From IMG/VR virus record IMGVR_UViG_3300012942_000004, positions 1-58,954 of that record: a DNA stretch of 58,954 nucleotides. One strand, 5' to 3'. The first letter of the stretch is position 1. Each line of letters begins with the position of its first letter. This DNA comes from a virus (Duplodnaviria; Caudoviricetes). The notes under the pieces were generated by a model. The model was not told where the DNA came from. It worked only from the letters and a program-made list of their open reading frames with translations, and did not search any database. A program made the position numbers and the translations under genes. Below are positions 7,450-17,597 of this stretch, piece after piece.

Positions 7450-10011
7450 CTATCCAATCGCGTAATACGGGCGACCATCAATGTCAAGCCACGTTCCGTA
7501 AGAATCCCTCGTTGTGGAATAGTATGGTACTCCGTCTGTATCAATACTAATCCATTGCAAGGGTGTGCCAGCGTTCCCGCCGTACCAGAACGGCACAGAG
7601 TCGCTGTCCAGGCCAAGCCAGACACGTTCCGCGGGTCCAAGCGAAAGCGGGTTCCATAGGGGGCGAATCTTCTTGTCGTAGACACGATAGCCCCCACCCC
7701 ACCGTCCGTGCGCCGTGGACCAGAAGTTGTCGTACTGTGCCACTGTTGAGGTGCCCCAGATGTCTTCTGCGTCCTGCACGGTCGTGTACGGGACAGCGGT
7801 TGCAGAAACCTGACCCGACGAAACAGATGACGACATGATGCGCCAATACTGGTCACGATACCTGATACGAATCGATTCGCCAGCCAGATACCCACCAGTT
7901 TGACTCGGGGCCGTGTATGTGAGTTGAATCTGAGGACCAGCGGCATCAAAGGACGCCCATGCGCCACGGTCATATGCCTGCTCGACATTCTCGATGAAAG
8001 GGTTGGTGATTGTCTCGCCCATGTCCTGCGAGATGAACTCCTCATCGGCACCCGTGTAGAGCGTGATCGTCGTGGGATCGGTTTTCACACCCCAGCCGGT
8101 AAGAGTGAGGTTGGCATGGTTGTCGGCACCCGTCGTGAATGAGAACGGTCCAGAGGTATTCTTGATGCTGTAGATGGGACCAACGATGTACAGGTTGATA
8201 TCCTGCCCATTGTCCGCCACGGTTGCTGTAATGCTACCACCGGCGTTGTTCCAGTTCGACGCCGAAACGTTGACACCGTTTGAGTCCTGAATTGTGTAGT
8301 TCGTGCCAATGACGGGCTGATCCAACCCAACGGGCCAATGCTGCGTGTTGACCGTGACGATGGAAACCTGGGCGACATCGATAGAGATCACGTTGTTGTT
8401 GTCCACATGCGCATCATAGAATACGTCGGTATCACTGCGATCGATGTACGACGTTCCCTGTGAAACCACCTGAAGCTTACGAGACAGGCCACCGACACTC
8501 GCGCTGATTGTCGCGACCCCGGAATCACTCACCGTCTGCTCGATGTCATAGATTTCATAGCCCGCGACATCGTACACGCTGATGTAGTCGTTCTGCGCCC
8601 GAATCGACATATTCGTTGCAGAACACAGTTGCTTGATGAAGTCCCAGGCGTTCCCATTCCAACCGCCGTATACAACGTCTGGATCGGCACCAGTGAATGA
8701 AAGGCTGAAGGGTTGCTTGATAACGTTTCCCAGGTAGTAGAGAAACGCGTTTGATAGGGTGAGACCCGATGGGGTGACATATCCGGTTACCGCATTGCCG
8801 GCAGGACCTGTTGGCGAGTAGAGTGATTCTGATACCCAGACGATACCGTCTCGATATCCATTGATGCTCACACCGGTGATCCCCGATGAACCACCATAAG
8901 GATTGTCAGCAAGCGGAACGGTATTCGTCTCAACCGGCGTCAGGTCGTAAGAGGAATAGGTGGCAATCGTCTTTGAGGTGGGACCTGTCGCGGTGACCGC
9001 ACCCGTGTACCCGACGACGTATACAAGGTCTTCGTACACCGTGAAAACTGGGTTCTGGATTACGGTCTTGCCATTCGACAGCAGTGACCGTGTTGCCACG
9101 ACGGAACCGGACGATGGATCGATCTGGTAGATGTTACTCTCATCCAACCCGAACAGGTACGGAGCATATCCGTCCAGTGGGTAGCAAATCTGAGTAAGCT
9201 GGCGCGCACCCAGAGTGAATTGAGTAAGCTGTGTTCCGGTCGAGTCGAACTTTGTCACCCGGTTCCCGTGGATGACATCGCTGCCGTTGTCCAGGACGTA
9301 GATGTTCTCAGAATCATCAATAGCAATGCTGACCGGGTTTGCGAAAACACCGTTACCGAACTCCATGTCGAACTGACCATATTCGACACGAACAACCTTG
9401 TTGTTGCCCACGTCCACGAAATAGGTTCGGATCGTCCCATCACTGGGCCTTGTAAATGTCTTGGACGGTCCGACTGTTCCGCTGAATTGTCCAGTTCCGC
9501 TGCCTGTCGGCATGTCGATGATGGCACCCGTTCCGCCAGAAGGAAGATTGGCTATCTGGTGTGAACCGAAATTGGTCTGCACATTCGACCAGTAGGCGGT
9601 GTCATTGATCACGTCGAATCCGAAACGGTACAATTCGGGACCGGAGGTAACATTTGCAATACCGTGACCGTTGTTATAGGAATAGAGTTTATTCCACGCA
9701 TAGAATGGTCCGAACGAGGTATCCGTGTTCAACCGTGCGAGTATGGAGTCGATTCCGCCCTGAAGGGTTCCAGACCCCAGCGTCAGCGAGTTGATCTTGC
9801 CAGAAAGCGGGTCAACGGTTGCATCCAATGCGAACGTGAAATCCGACTCATCAGTTGAGGTGGTCGTGAAGGTTGCGCTTCCGGTTCCACCGCTGCTGTC
9901 GGCAATGGAGTGTGGTGTGGCATCCATCTGGATGCTCCACGAGCCACTTGTGACATCGCCCAGGCGCGGGAATCGATAGTCACTGCCGTACGGCTCTACT
10001 GCTATCGCCAT
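7450..10011 (-). CDS. tail tip/baseplate hub protein with inserted NHL-like beta-propeller
   Basis: 853 aa, two genes after the tape measure; FANPVSIAIDDSENIYVLD...NRVTKFD NHL-type repeat. Confidence 0.7.
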   Translation of the reverse strand: MAIAVEPYGSDYRFPRLGDVTSGSWSIQMDATPHSIADSSGGTGSATFTTTSTDESDFTFALDATVDPLSGKINSLTLGSGTLQGGIDSILARLNTDTSFGPFYAWNKLYSYNNGHGIANVTSGPELYRFGFDVINDTAYWSNVQTNFGSHQIANLPSGGTGAIIDMPTGSGTGQFSGTVGPSKTFTRPSDGTIRTYFVDVGNNKVVRVEYGQFDMEFGNGVFANPVSIAIDDSENIYVLDNGSDVIHGNRVTKFDSTGTQLTQFTLGARQLTQICYPLDGYAPYLFGLDESNIYQIDPSSGSVVATRSLLSNGKTVIQNPVFTVYEDLVYVVGYTGAVTATGPTSKTIATYSSYDLTPVETNTVPLADNPYGGSSGITGVSINGYRDGIVWVSESLYSPTGPAGNAVTGYVTPSGLTLSNAFLYYLGNVIKQPFSLSFTGADPDVVYGGWNGNAWDFIKQLCSATNMSIRAQNDYISVYDVAGYEIYDIEQTVSDSGVATISASVGGLSRKLQVVSQGTSYIDRSDTDVFYDAHVDNNNVISIDVAQVSIVTVNTQHWPVGLDQPVIGTNYTIQDSNGVNVSASNWNNAGGSITATVADNGQDINLYIVGPIYSIKNTSGPFSFTTGADNHANLTLTGWGVKTDPTTITLYTGADEEFISQDMGETITNPFIENVEQAYDRGAWASFDAAGPQIQLTYTAPSQTGGYLAGESIRIRYRDQYWRIMSSSVSSGQVSATAVPYTTVQDAEDIWGTSTVAQYDNFWSTAHGRWGGGYRVYDKKIRPLWNPLSLGPAERVWLGLDSDSVPFWYGGNAGTPLQWISIDTDGVPYYSTTRDSYGTWLDIDGRPYYAIG

Positions 10012-10012
10012 A

Positions 10013-11050
10013 CTAAACCGACCACGGTTCTACTTCAACGAATTTAGTTGACAGCCCCTTGTAGTGGCGATTCTCACCATTGATGACCTGAATGTAGGTT
10101 TCTGCGATGGCGGAGTCCGTGAACGCCAGACCCGTGTTTCCTTCGCCGTGAATGTGCAAGCCGCCTTGACCACCAGTAGGATCGGGCGTTATGCCGGTGG
10201 GCCACAGTTGCGCCATGCTAGAGGTCAGCGATACCGTTCCGGGTGTCCCTTGTGCCGACTTGGAGCCAAGGAATATGATGACGTAATCGTAGGTTGCACC
10301 ATCGGCAATCGGTGCTGCGCCCAGGCGATTCTGACCAGCCGGGTCCAGGAAGCCGAAACCGGGCTGATAAGGTCCCGCAGAGGGGTCGAGAACGTTCTGA
10401 CGATCAAACGTACCATCGGAGACCTTATGCCTGGCGATTCCGACAGTTCCGGCACCCGTTGAGCCACCCGAGAATCCGGCCCACAGGGAATGCGTCGGAG
10501 GCACGGGGATGAGCATGTACTGCAACGATGTGTTGTATTGCACATCCTCGTCGGTCGTATCGAATGTCCATGTTGCGATGGGCTGATCGTAGTTGTTCGC
10601 AACCGTTTGGTTGAGCGACGCGGTTACCTGAATCGGGGGGAAGTTTGGTGGATAACCGCAGAACATCGGAGTTGCCCACTGCGCAGCCATCAGGTTTGAC
10701 TGGAAATTGATAGGATTCGCAAAGTAGAACAAATCCTTCAGGTCATACTCACTACCATAACCGATCGGTGGCGCTGCGTAATACCCCGCCGCGTACTTCC
10801 CGTACAGGTCGAGTCCGCCTGCCTGCTGGGCCTCCCGAACCGCCCAGGACATCTCGTATTCAAGGTGGTAGCCGGAAGATCGCACGGACGTTGCACCGCC
10901 GTTCTCCAACTGGATCACGGCATCATCGAACGTCTTATTCGCCGTCATGCCGGAGGATGGCATCGGAAGCCACTGCATCTTCCACGGGTTGCCACCCCAC
11001 ATGAAACGCGAGTGAATGTTGTACTGGTTATACCCAGCCGGGTATGCCAT
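10013..11050 (-). CDS. distal tail (Dit-like) minor tail protein
   Basis: Directly after the tape measure; ends KFVEVEPW. Confidence 0.7.
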   Translation of the reverse strand: MAYPAGYNQYNIHSRFMWGGNPWKMQWLPMPSSGMTANKTFDDAVIQLENGGATSVRSSGYHLEYEMSWAVREAQQAGGLDLYGKYAAGYYAAPPIGYGSEYDLKDLFYFANPINFQSNLMAAQWATPMFCGYPPNFPPIQVTASLNQTVANNYDQPIATWTFDTTDEDVQYNTSLQYMLIPVPPTHSLWAGFSGGSTGAGTVGIARHKVSDGTFDRQNVLDPSAGPYQPGFGFLDPAGQNRLGAAPIADGATYDYVIIFLGSKSAQGTPGTVSLTSSMAQLWPTGITPDPTGGQGGLHIHGEGNTGLAFTDSAIAETYIQVINGENRHYKGLSTKFVEVEPWSV

Positions 11051-11052
11051 GC

Positions 11053-14000
11053 TTAGTACCTCCCCTGGTTGCCAGCCTTAGCCGCTCCACGACGGGATGC
11101 GTTGTAAATGGCCGTATCATCTAGCATAATATGATTCACAACCTCCCGAGACAGTGCCCGCAGTGAGGTGGGGCCGAGTTCCACGATTCCGGTTGTCCCA
11201 CCTGACGGCGCGGCAACAGCACGCGGAGTTCCACCACCGGCAAAGGTTCGCACGCGTCCGCGGTTCAGGGCGTCCATGAATCCGTCACCATACTTACGGA
11301 CGGCAGCGGCGCGAATGACCCACTCGTTTCTGGAAAGCATCGTCGGAACCGAGTCGGAGGTCTCGCTACCGGGACCGTTGATCTTACCACCTGCGGCGCG
11401 GAATCCCCAGTATGCGGAACTACCCGGCGCTGCCGTGTTGTGCTGGTTCACGTACACCTGAACCTCACGATACTGATTCCGCGCGAGGAATGCGTCCAGT
11501 TGACTCTGCGCAGCGCCGGTCGCGGCGGATACCGACATGGGAATCTTCTTGTTGGAGTAGGCGTCGAGGAAGGAGTTTATCGTCCCCATTGCGGGCTTCG
11601 TGTCAGCCTTTGGTTTGAGTGGGTTCCCCTTGAGTTGCAGGTTGAACTGCTGCATAATCGTGTCGATGGACACACCAGCCTTCATTGCTTTTGTGATCGC
11701 ATCCGCTGTCTTTCCGCCGACCTCCTGACCGCCCGCGGTCATCAAAACACCACTGGCCAGAACCTGATCGGCCATAGCCTGCCCGGCGAGATCGGCGTTC
11801 TTACGCATTGCGGCAACGTAAGCCTCGCCCTGTTTTGGTGCAGCATCGGTCAACTGCTGAAGAATGCTATTCTCCGTAGCCGAGTAACCTGCCTGAATAA
11901 ACTGCTGGGCAACATCTTCACCATACCTTGCCGCAACAATCTTCAGATTGTTGTTCCAGGTCTGGAGAGACTTGTTGTTTGTATTGTATTGTTCGGTCAG
12001 CGCGGACAGCGATACGGCCTGATCCTTGTTCTGTGCCGCTAGATACTGAGAAACACTCTGACCAGCCTTGGCCGCAGCCGTGGCGTTCGCCTGTGCCTGT
12101 TGAACCTGTTGAATTGCACTATTGAGGTCAGTAAGGGGCTGCACACTCTTGGCATACGCTGCGCCGAACTTTTCAATGTCGTCAACGCTCATTTCGGTGG
12201 CATCTGCAAGCTGGGAGATGAAGTCGCTGGTCACACCGGTTGCCTGAGCGAGTTCGCCCTGCTCTGCCTTGGCCTCCTTCAGGGCTGCTGTGTATTTGGA
12301 GAACTCGCCATTCACTGTGTCGATGCCCCGTCCGGCCTCCTTGGCACCCTTTACGGCCGTATCAAAGATGTCGGCTGCTTTGAGCGTTTGACCGTTCTTG
12401 ACCATGTTCGCCATGGCCTTGTCGAGATTCTGAACGTCCTTAGACAATGGGCTGATGTTCAGACTTCCGAACAGGTTATTGAGGTCGTTTCCAAACAGAC
12501 CAGCCATGTTTGAGTTGGCACCCAGAACGGCCTGAAGCTGCTTTGAGCCAGAAAGCTTGGAGATGTCGGGAATCTTTATTCCAACGCGACTAAGCTGTGC
12601 CATCTTGGCAAAGCCGTCAGCCCACTGCTGGATTGCACCACCAAGGTCCTTGCCGAGTGCACCGGCACCCTTCTTGGCTGCGTTCTCAAGGTCTTTGGTG
12701 GTCTTGATGACACCCTGCGCTTCATAGACCCAGCCAGCCAACCCCGAACCGATCTCAATGCCAGCGAATACGATTCCGGCGATGGTAAGGGCCTTGAGTG
12801 CCACACCAGCAGCCTTGATTCCAACCGCGGCAACCTTACCGGCGGTCCCAAGGGTCCCCAGTGCTTCAGTGAGCATCCCGCTGACGGTTGTGGAGGTAAT
12901 CTCGGCACCCGTCAGGCCGACAATGGATCGCGTGAGTGCGATGATTCCGGCAATGGCAATGGCGCTTCCGCCACCCACAAGGGAAAGTACGCCAAGAAGG
13001 CCCGTGAACCCGGCAACAACGGCGGCTATGACCTGAACAACAGGGTTGCGTGCAAGCTCATCGAAACGCTTCAGGATGTCTGTCAGCCATGAAGCAATGC
13101 CACCGGCCGCGCCCCCGGAGACGTTCCCAAGGTCGGCCAAGAGGACCTGGAAAGTATTGCTCAGAACCTTGATCTTTGCAGCGGTCGTGTCTGCGATCTT
13201 GTTGTACTGCGTATTCAACACAGCGGCAGAGCGGAATGCGTCAGCCGAGGTCTTGATCAGGGAAGACAGCAGTTTACTTGCCGCACCCAGGTTGTTGAAC
13301 ACACGCTGGTCCTGAACACCGGTCAGGCCGATGTCACGCAGAACCTGGTTGACGGCACCCGCCTGGGGCTGAATATCGTGCAGCCCCTGGATGAACTTGT
13401 CGAACACACCGGCAAACTTGTCAGTTCCAAAGGTCTTACGAACGGTATCGGCGGAGACGCCCGCGGTCTTCGCAAAGGACGACAGGCCAACGTTGGACTT
13501 GGAAATGTCCGTTTGCAGATTGGACAAGAACCGCGTGATCGAACCTGATGCTGCCTGCACCTGTCGCGCACCAGAGCCAATAGAACCCAGGGCACCAGAC
13601 AGGGCAATAAGCTGGGGAGCGGTGAAACCAGACGTTCGCGACACACCGGCAAGGGCGGATGCGATCTGGGCGATCTGCTTCTCTGTTGCGACCGAGTTGA
13701 TGCCCACAGCGAGAACGGCGGAGGCCAGGTTCTCAAACTTGCTCGCCGGAAGGTCGGTCATTTCCTGGAATCGACCCAGAAGCGTTCCGGCTTCCTCCGC
13801 AGAGAGGTTCGTGGTCGCGGTCAGCTTGGCGACGACGGACGTGAAGTCAACGATGTCACCTGATGCGATGCCCAACTGTCCACCGAGTGAGGCAATCTCA
13901 GTAATGTCCGCAAATGTTGCTGGAATCTGCGTGGAAAGGTCTTCCAGCGAGCGCATCATGTCGCCCGTTGCGCCAGTCACCGTGCGAGAGACCTGGGCAA

Positions 14001-14817
14001 AGTCAGACTGGAACGATATCGCCGCAGCAGCCGGTGCGGTTGAGAACGCGATAAGCCCGCGACCGACACTGGTCAGCGTTGATGCCACATTGTACAGCGC
14101 ATACTGTGTCGCGGCAAGACCGATCCCCATTTGATCGTTGGTCTTGTTGAATGCGCTGTTTGCAGCCGTCATTCCCGTTGTCGCGCGGGTTACACCGGTT
14201 GTCGCGTCGATGCGCTCCTGCAGGGACTGGTTTACGCCCTGGTTTGCGGCACGCAGTTTTGCAAGCTGCTGAGCATTGTGAGATAGAGCAGCATTAGCCG
14301 TGGTGTCAGACTGGGCTTTCGCCATTGCCTGAGCTTCTTGCGCGGCAACCTTCTCCGACTGAGCGAGTGCATCAGTGCGCTGCTTTGCGGTGGAAAGACC
14401 CTGCTGCATTGTCGCGAGCATGGTCGCCGTCTTCTGATCGAACGGCGATGTGTTAAAGCCAAGTGCGCTCTGCTGCAAACCCGCTGCGGCAGAAGAGTTC
14501 AGTTTCCCGCTAGAAAGGCTTGACTGAATCTTGTCAATCTGCGATAGTGTCTGTGAGAACTGTTTCGCGTTGACGGAGGAGAGTGATTGTGCCCAGCCCT
14601 TAGTTGCCTGAGCTGCCTGCTGAATGCCCTTAGCGGCCTGAGCGCCACCAGAAGCTAGCTTGGCAAGTCCCGTCTGCGCGCGCGTGAGTTCTGGGTTGGA
14701 TTTCTCCAACATGCCGTTGAGTTGCGCAATAGCGTTGGCAAGGTCAGCCGCAGCCTTCTTGGCGTCGCTGAAATCAATGGTGGCAGTAGCCTTGAAATTA
14801 GCGGTATCGCCTGCCAC
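11053..14817 (-). CDS. tail tape measure protein
   Basis: 1254 aa, Ala-rich helical; FQSDFAQVSRT and IASLGGQLGI motifs; C-terminal GG.I.GPGSETSDSVP..LS..EWVI. Confidence 0.95.
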   Translation of the reverse strand: MAGDTANFKATATIDFSDAKKAAADLANAIAQLNGMLEKSNPELTRAQTGLAKLASGGAQAAKGIQQAAQATKGWAQSLSSVNAKQFSQTLSQIDKIQSSLSSGKLNSSAAAGLQQSALGFNTSPFDQKTATMLATMQQGLSTAKQRTDALAQSEKVAAQEAQAMAKAQSDTTANAALSHNAQQLAKLRAANQGVNQSLQERIDATTGVTRATTGMTAANSAFNKTNDQMGIGLAATQYALYNVASTLTSVGRGLIAFSTAPAAAAISFQSDFAQVSRTVTGATGDMMRSLEDLSTQIPATFADITEIASLGGQLGIASGDIVDFTSVVAKLTATTNLSAEEAGTLLGRFQEMTDLPASKFENLASAVLAVGINSVATEKQIAQIASALAGVSRTSGFTAPQLIALSGALGSIGSGARQVQAASGSITRFLSNLQTDISKSNVGLSSFAKTAGVSADTVRKTFGTDKFAGVFDKFIQGLHDIQPQAGAVNQVLRDIGLTGVQDQRVFNNLGAASKLLSSLIKTSADAFRSAAVLNTQYNKIADTTAAKIKVLSNTFQVLLADLGNVSGGAAGGIASWLTDILKRFDELARNPVVQVIAAVVAGFTGLLGVLSLVGGGSAIAIAGIIALTRSIVGLTGAEITSTTVSGMLTEALGTLGTAGKVAAVGIKAAGVALKALTIAGIVFAGIEIGSGLAGWVYEAQGVIKTTKDLENAAKKGAGALGKDLGGAIQQWADGFAKMAQLSRVGIKIPDISKLSGSKQLQAVLGANSNMAGLFGNDLNNLFGSLNISPLSKDVQNLDKAMANMVKNGQTLKAADIFDTAVKGAKEAGRGIDTVNGEFSKYTAALKEAKAEQGELAQATGVTSDFISQLADATEMSVDDIEKFGAAYAKSVQPLTDLNSAIQQVQQAQANATAAAKAGQSVSQYLAAQNKDQAVSLSALTEQYNTNNKSLQTWNNNLKIVAARYGEDVAQQFIQAGYSATENSILQQLTDAAPKQGEAYVAAMRKNADLAGQAMADQVLASGVLMTAGGQEVGGKTADAITKAMKAGVSIDTIMQQFNLQLKGNPLKPKADTKPAMGTINSFLDAYSNKKIPMSVSAATGAAQSQLDAFLARNQYREVQVYVNQHNTAAPGSSAYWGFRAAGGKINGPGSETSDSVPTMLSRNEWVIRAAAVRKYGDGFMDALNRGRVRTFAGGGTPRAVAAPSGGTTGIVELGPTSLRALSREVVNHIMLDDTAIYNASRRGAAKAGNQGRY

Positions 14818-14861
14818 ACTTCACCTTACGTAGAGTACAATGTCTCTACCAATTCTACCAG

Positions 14862-15410
14862 TCAGGCCTGTTTGCGCTTCAGATCAGCAAGCTCCTGTGG
14901 CGTCGGAGGTCTTGCACCTTCGGGCGCGCCACGAGGGCGAATACGACCATTCTCCTCTTCCAGCATCTCGAACCAGGAGTTCATGGTCGGAGGCTTCTGC
15001 GGATTGTCAAACACGGGAACAGCATACAGGTCTTCGCCAGGATCGAGTTCCTTGCCACTTTCGTGCAACTCGTTGCGGCGCCGCTCCACGGCCGCATCAT
15101 GCCCAGAAAATCTCTTGCGAACTTCCCAACGAACTTCCGGGGACTGATCCCACCAGATCAACTGGCCGTTCTGTGAGTCGGTGAAGTCCTCGATCACCTG
15201 AAACGCACGGTCCAGGGCGAAATCCCAGTCCGTCCATTGCGTATCCGCAATCGGGTCCGGTTCCCAATCCTCACGCCAGTAGCACCGGTGCAGAGCGTAC
15301 GGGTCTTGCAGGATGTACGCAGACGGGCGCATACCCCTCGTGCGAGAGGCGCGGATGTCCGTTACGTAGAGTTTCTGATCAGCCCTTTCCGTCAGGGCTT
15401 GGACAAAAAA
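14862..15410 (-). CDS. tail assembly chaperone, -1 frameshift extension (gpGT-like)
   Basis: The -1 frame is open from the slippery site (VQALTERADQKLYV...) into ORF 14862..15332. Confidence 0.8.
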   Translation of the reverse strand, partial: FFVQALTERADQKLYVTDIRASRTRGMRPSAYILQDPYALHRCYWREDWEPDPIADTQWTDWDFALDRAFQVIEDFTDSQNGQLIWWDQSPEVRWEVRKRFSGHDAAVERRRNELHESGKELDPGEDLYAVPVFDNPQKPPTMNSWFEMLEEENGRIRPRGAPEGARPPTPQELADLKRKQA

Positions 15411-15991
15411 TCAGTGTCCTGCGCCGCGAAACGGAACCAGTCGGTGTTTCCAGAGACTTCCTCAATCAGACCATTGATGGCTCGCTGCGCCGCTGCCGGG
15501 AGATTCCCTCGCATATTCTCAACAACCTCAGGCGTGACTTCCTGCTTGTTCCCATGGGGGTCTTCAAGCTCATACAGGAACGCCTCCCAGAATTGAGTCA
15601 TCTGAAGATTTCCACGCTTGAACTCCTGCTCACCATCGTCGCGGCCCATCAGGTCGCGCTTGTACGGGAACTCGGCAAGGGTCTTGGACAGGATGTCCTC
15701 GCGGTTTCGCTGGGAAATGCCGCGCGCACGGGCAATGTACTTGTGGGCGCGCAACTGCTTCTGAAGCTTCTCGAACTCCTTCTCGGCCTTGTTGTACTCG
15801 TCAACGCGCTCAAGGGTGAGGAGCTTGTCCAGGTTCTCGCTCATCTTCTCAAGTTGGTAACCCAGGTCCTCGTCAAGATAGAAGTCGATCTCGTCAGACG
15901 GGTATCCCCGATCGGCAAGAGCGTCCCGAATGTCGAACACACCGGGAGCAAGATCGTCAGCCGGGTCGTATTCCTTTTTAGCAGTAGCCAT
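15392..15991 (-). CDS. tail assembly chaperone (gpG-like)
   Basis: Upstream of the tape measure; slippery site at 3' end; AGGAGG SD. Confidence 0.85.
   Translation of the reverse strand: MATAKKEYDPADDLAPGVFDIRDALADRGYPSDEIDFYLDEDLGYQLEKMSENLDKLLTLERVDEYNKAEKEFEKLQKQLRAHKYIARARGISQRNREDILSKTLAEFPYKRDLMGRDDGEQEFKRGNLQMTQFWEAFLYELEDPHGNKQEVTPEVVENMRGNLPAAAQRAINGLIEEVSGNTDWFRFAAQDTDFLSKP
15404..15410 (-). other. programmed -1 frameshift slippery site T TTT TTG
   Basis: GAT TTT TTG just before the chaperone stop, followed by hairpin AGCCCT-GACGGAA-AGGGCT. Confidence 0.8.
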
Positions 15992-16028
15992 GTAAGTATT
16001 TCCTCCTGGCTACAATACTAGCAGAAAC

Positions 16029-17588
16029 CTAGTGCAGGTTCGGGTTGTACTGGCCCGTTGTGCCACGCAATGACGAGAATCTGTAGTAGACCCATTCGTC
16101 TTTATAGGGTGTCGCAGAAACGGCAACGGGGGACGTTACAGATGCAACCTGAGTTCCAGAGCGCGACGCCGACGCGGAGACCGAACCAACAGCAAGCGGG
16201 AAAGTCTGCACATATTCGCCAGCGGGTGCGGTGTACGTGTGGTTGGTCCCGGCGATAGTCACGGTCACATCCGCAGATGCCGTCAGGTAGGTGACACACT
16301 CTACAATGTCGGCAACTGCCGACATTCCCGTTCCGCGCGCCCAGTGTGACATAAACGTCGTCTCACCATCGGCACTGGAGGAGAACGATGCGGTAGACAG
16401 GTGCGACCGGTGTGACAGGTAGATGGCGTCACGTAGGATCGTCGGGTAACCACCAGTCTTCCACTTCGTAATGTAGTACGATGAGATGTCTAGATTTACG
16501 TTACCCGAGTTAACCGAGTTTTGGACCGAACCCGATTCAGAGTAGTCGCTCCACGTCACAAGCTGAACATAGTCGGAGTTGTTTCGAATCGCGCGCTGCC
16601 ACCATCCGCGCAGTGACGCGGTTCCCATCGCCTCGTCGTAGACGTGCTGGTTGGGGCGCACGTTCTCGCCCTGTACCGGCTGCATCCACGTGAGGCCAGC
16701 CGCATGTGGCGCCGTCGAGTGCTCGGAAGCTCCCGTAGTCGCCGCAATGCCGGGGTCGGCGCCGTCGCCCCAGTCGCCGCATCCATAGCTCCAGGCGTAA
16801 CCCTGGTAGTTCGTCCAGTTACCGATGGCGAGAAGTCCCGTGAGGAACGCGGCATTCAACCCGTGACGCGTTTTCAGATTAGTGAACAGCGTGTCCCACC
16901 AGGTTGCGTTGTATGTCTCCGCCTTGAACGATGAGACGACATAGCGACCGTCATCCAGGAACCACGCAGAAGGCCCTGCGGCAAAAAGCGCAATTCTATC
17001 GGAAAGCTGGTCTGTTGTCAAGCCCGTGGTCAGGCTTGCGGTCGTGTCAACCATGGGAATAACCTTGAACGAACCATCGGTAACATATGAGTTCGCCGTA
17101 TTGATCAGAAGCGCCTCACGCGTCGTATTGGTCGAGGATGAGCTAGCAGAGAGCATGTCTACGACAAAACCATCCAGGCCAGCCTTGCGGGCATTGTCAA
17201 TATCGTTCTTCACGTCCTGCGTGGCGTAATCACCGCTGATCGGAGCGCGCCCCATGGGCCGATTGCGCAGGTAACCGCCGTATGTCGCGTGTGATCCGGA
17301 CTCGCCATTCAGTGCCAGGTATCCAGTGGTGTAGTAGTCTGACGCCGGGTCTTTGTTGTCCATCGAGATTGGGAAGGGCGGGAAGTAATGCGCGAATACT
17401 TTCCGCGGGCTGGATGACATGTCCGGAAGGGCAAATGCCAAGCCTTCTGTCGGCGTGAGGGGAACGGCGTCTGTTGCAATGACCTGAGCCGTTTCCTGCT
17501 CGGCTGAACCATCCCAGGTGAATGTGTCAACTGGTCTTTCGGCGTGTCCATCCCAAACGGTTACTGTTGCCGGTTGAGTGTCTGGCAC
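16029..17588 (-). CDS. glycoside hydrolase, GH71 (alpha-1,3-glucanase)-like
   Basis: RKVFAHYF, ARKAGLDGFVVD and VQLVTWSDYSES motifs; GGAGG SD. Confidence 0.8.
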   Translation of the reverse strand: MPDTQPATVTVWDGHAERPVDTFTWDGSAEQETAQVIATDAVPLTPTEGLAFALPDMSSSPRKVFAHYFPPFPISMDNKDPASDYYTTGYLALNGESGSHATYGGYLRNRPMGRAPISGDYATQDVKNDIDNARKAGLDGFVVDMLSASSSSTNTTREALLINTANSYVTDGSFKVIPMVDTTASLTTGLTTDQLSDRIALFAAGPSAWFLDDGRYVVSSFKAETYNATWWDTLFTNLKTRHGLNAAFLTGLLAIGNWTNYQGYAWSYGCGDWGDGADPGIAATTGASEHSTAPHAAGLTWMQPVQGENVRPNQHVYDEAMGTASLRGWWQRAIRNNSDYVQLVTWSDYSESGSVQNSVNSGNVNLDISSYYITKWKTGGYPTILRDAIYLSHRSHLSTASFSSSADGETTFMSHWARGTGMSAVADIVECVTYLTASADVTVTIAGTNHTYTAPAGEYVQTFPLAVGSVSASASRSGTQVASVTSPVAVSATPYKDEWVYYRFSSLRGTTGQYNPNLH

Positions 17589-17597
17589 AGAAACCTC

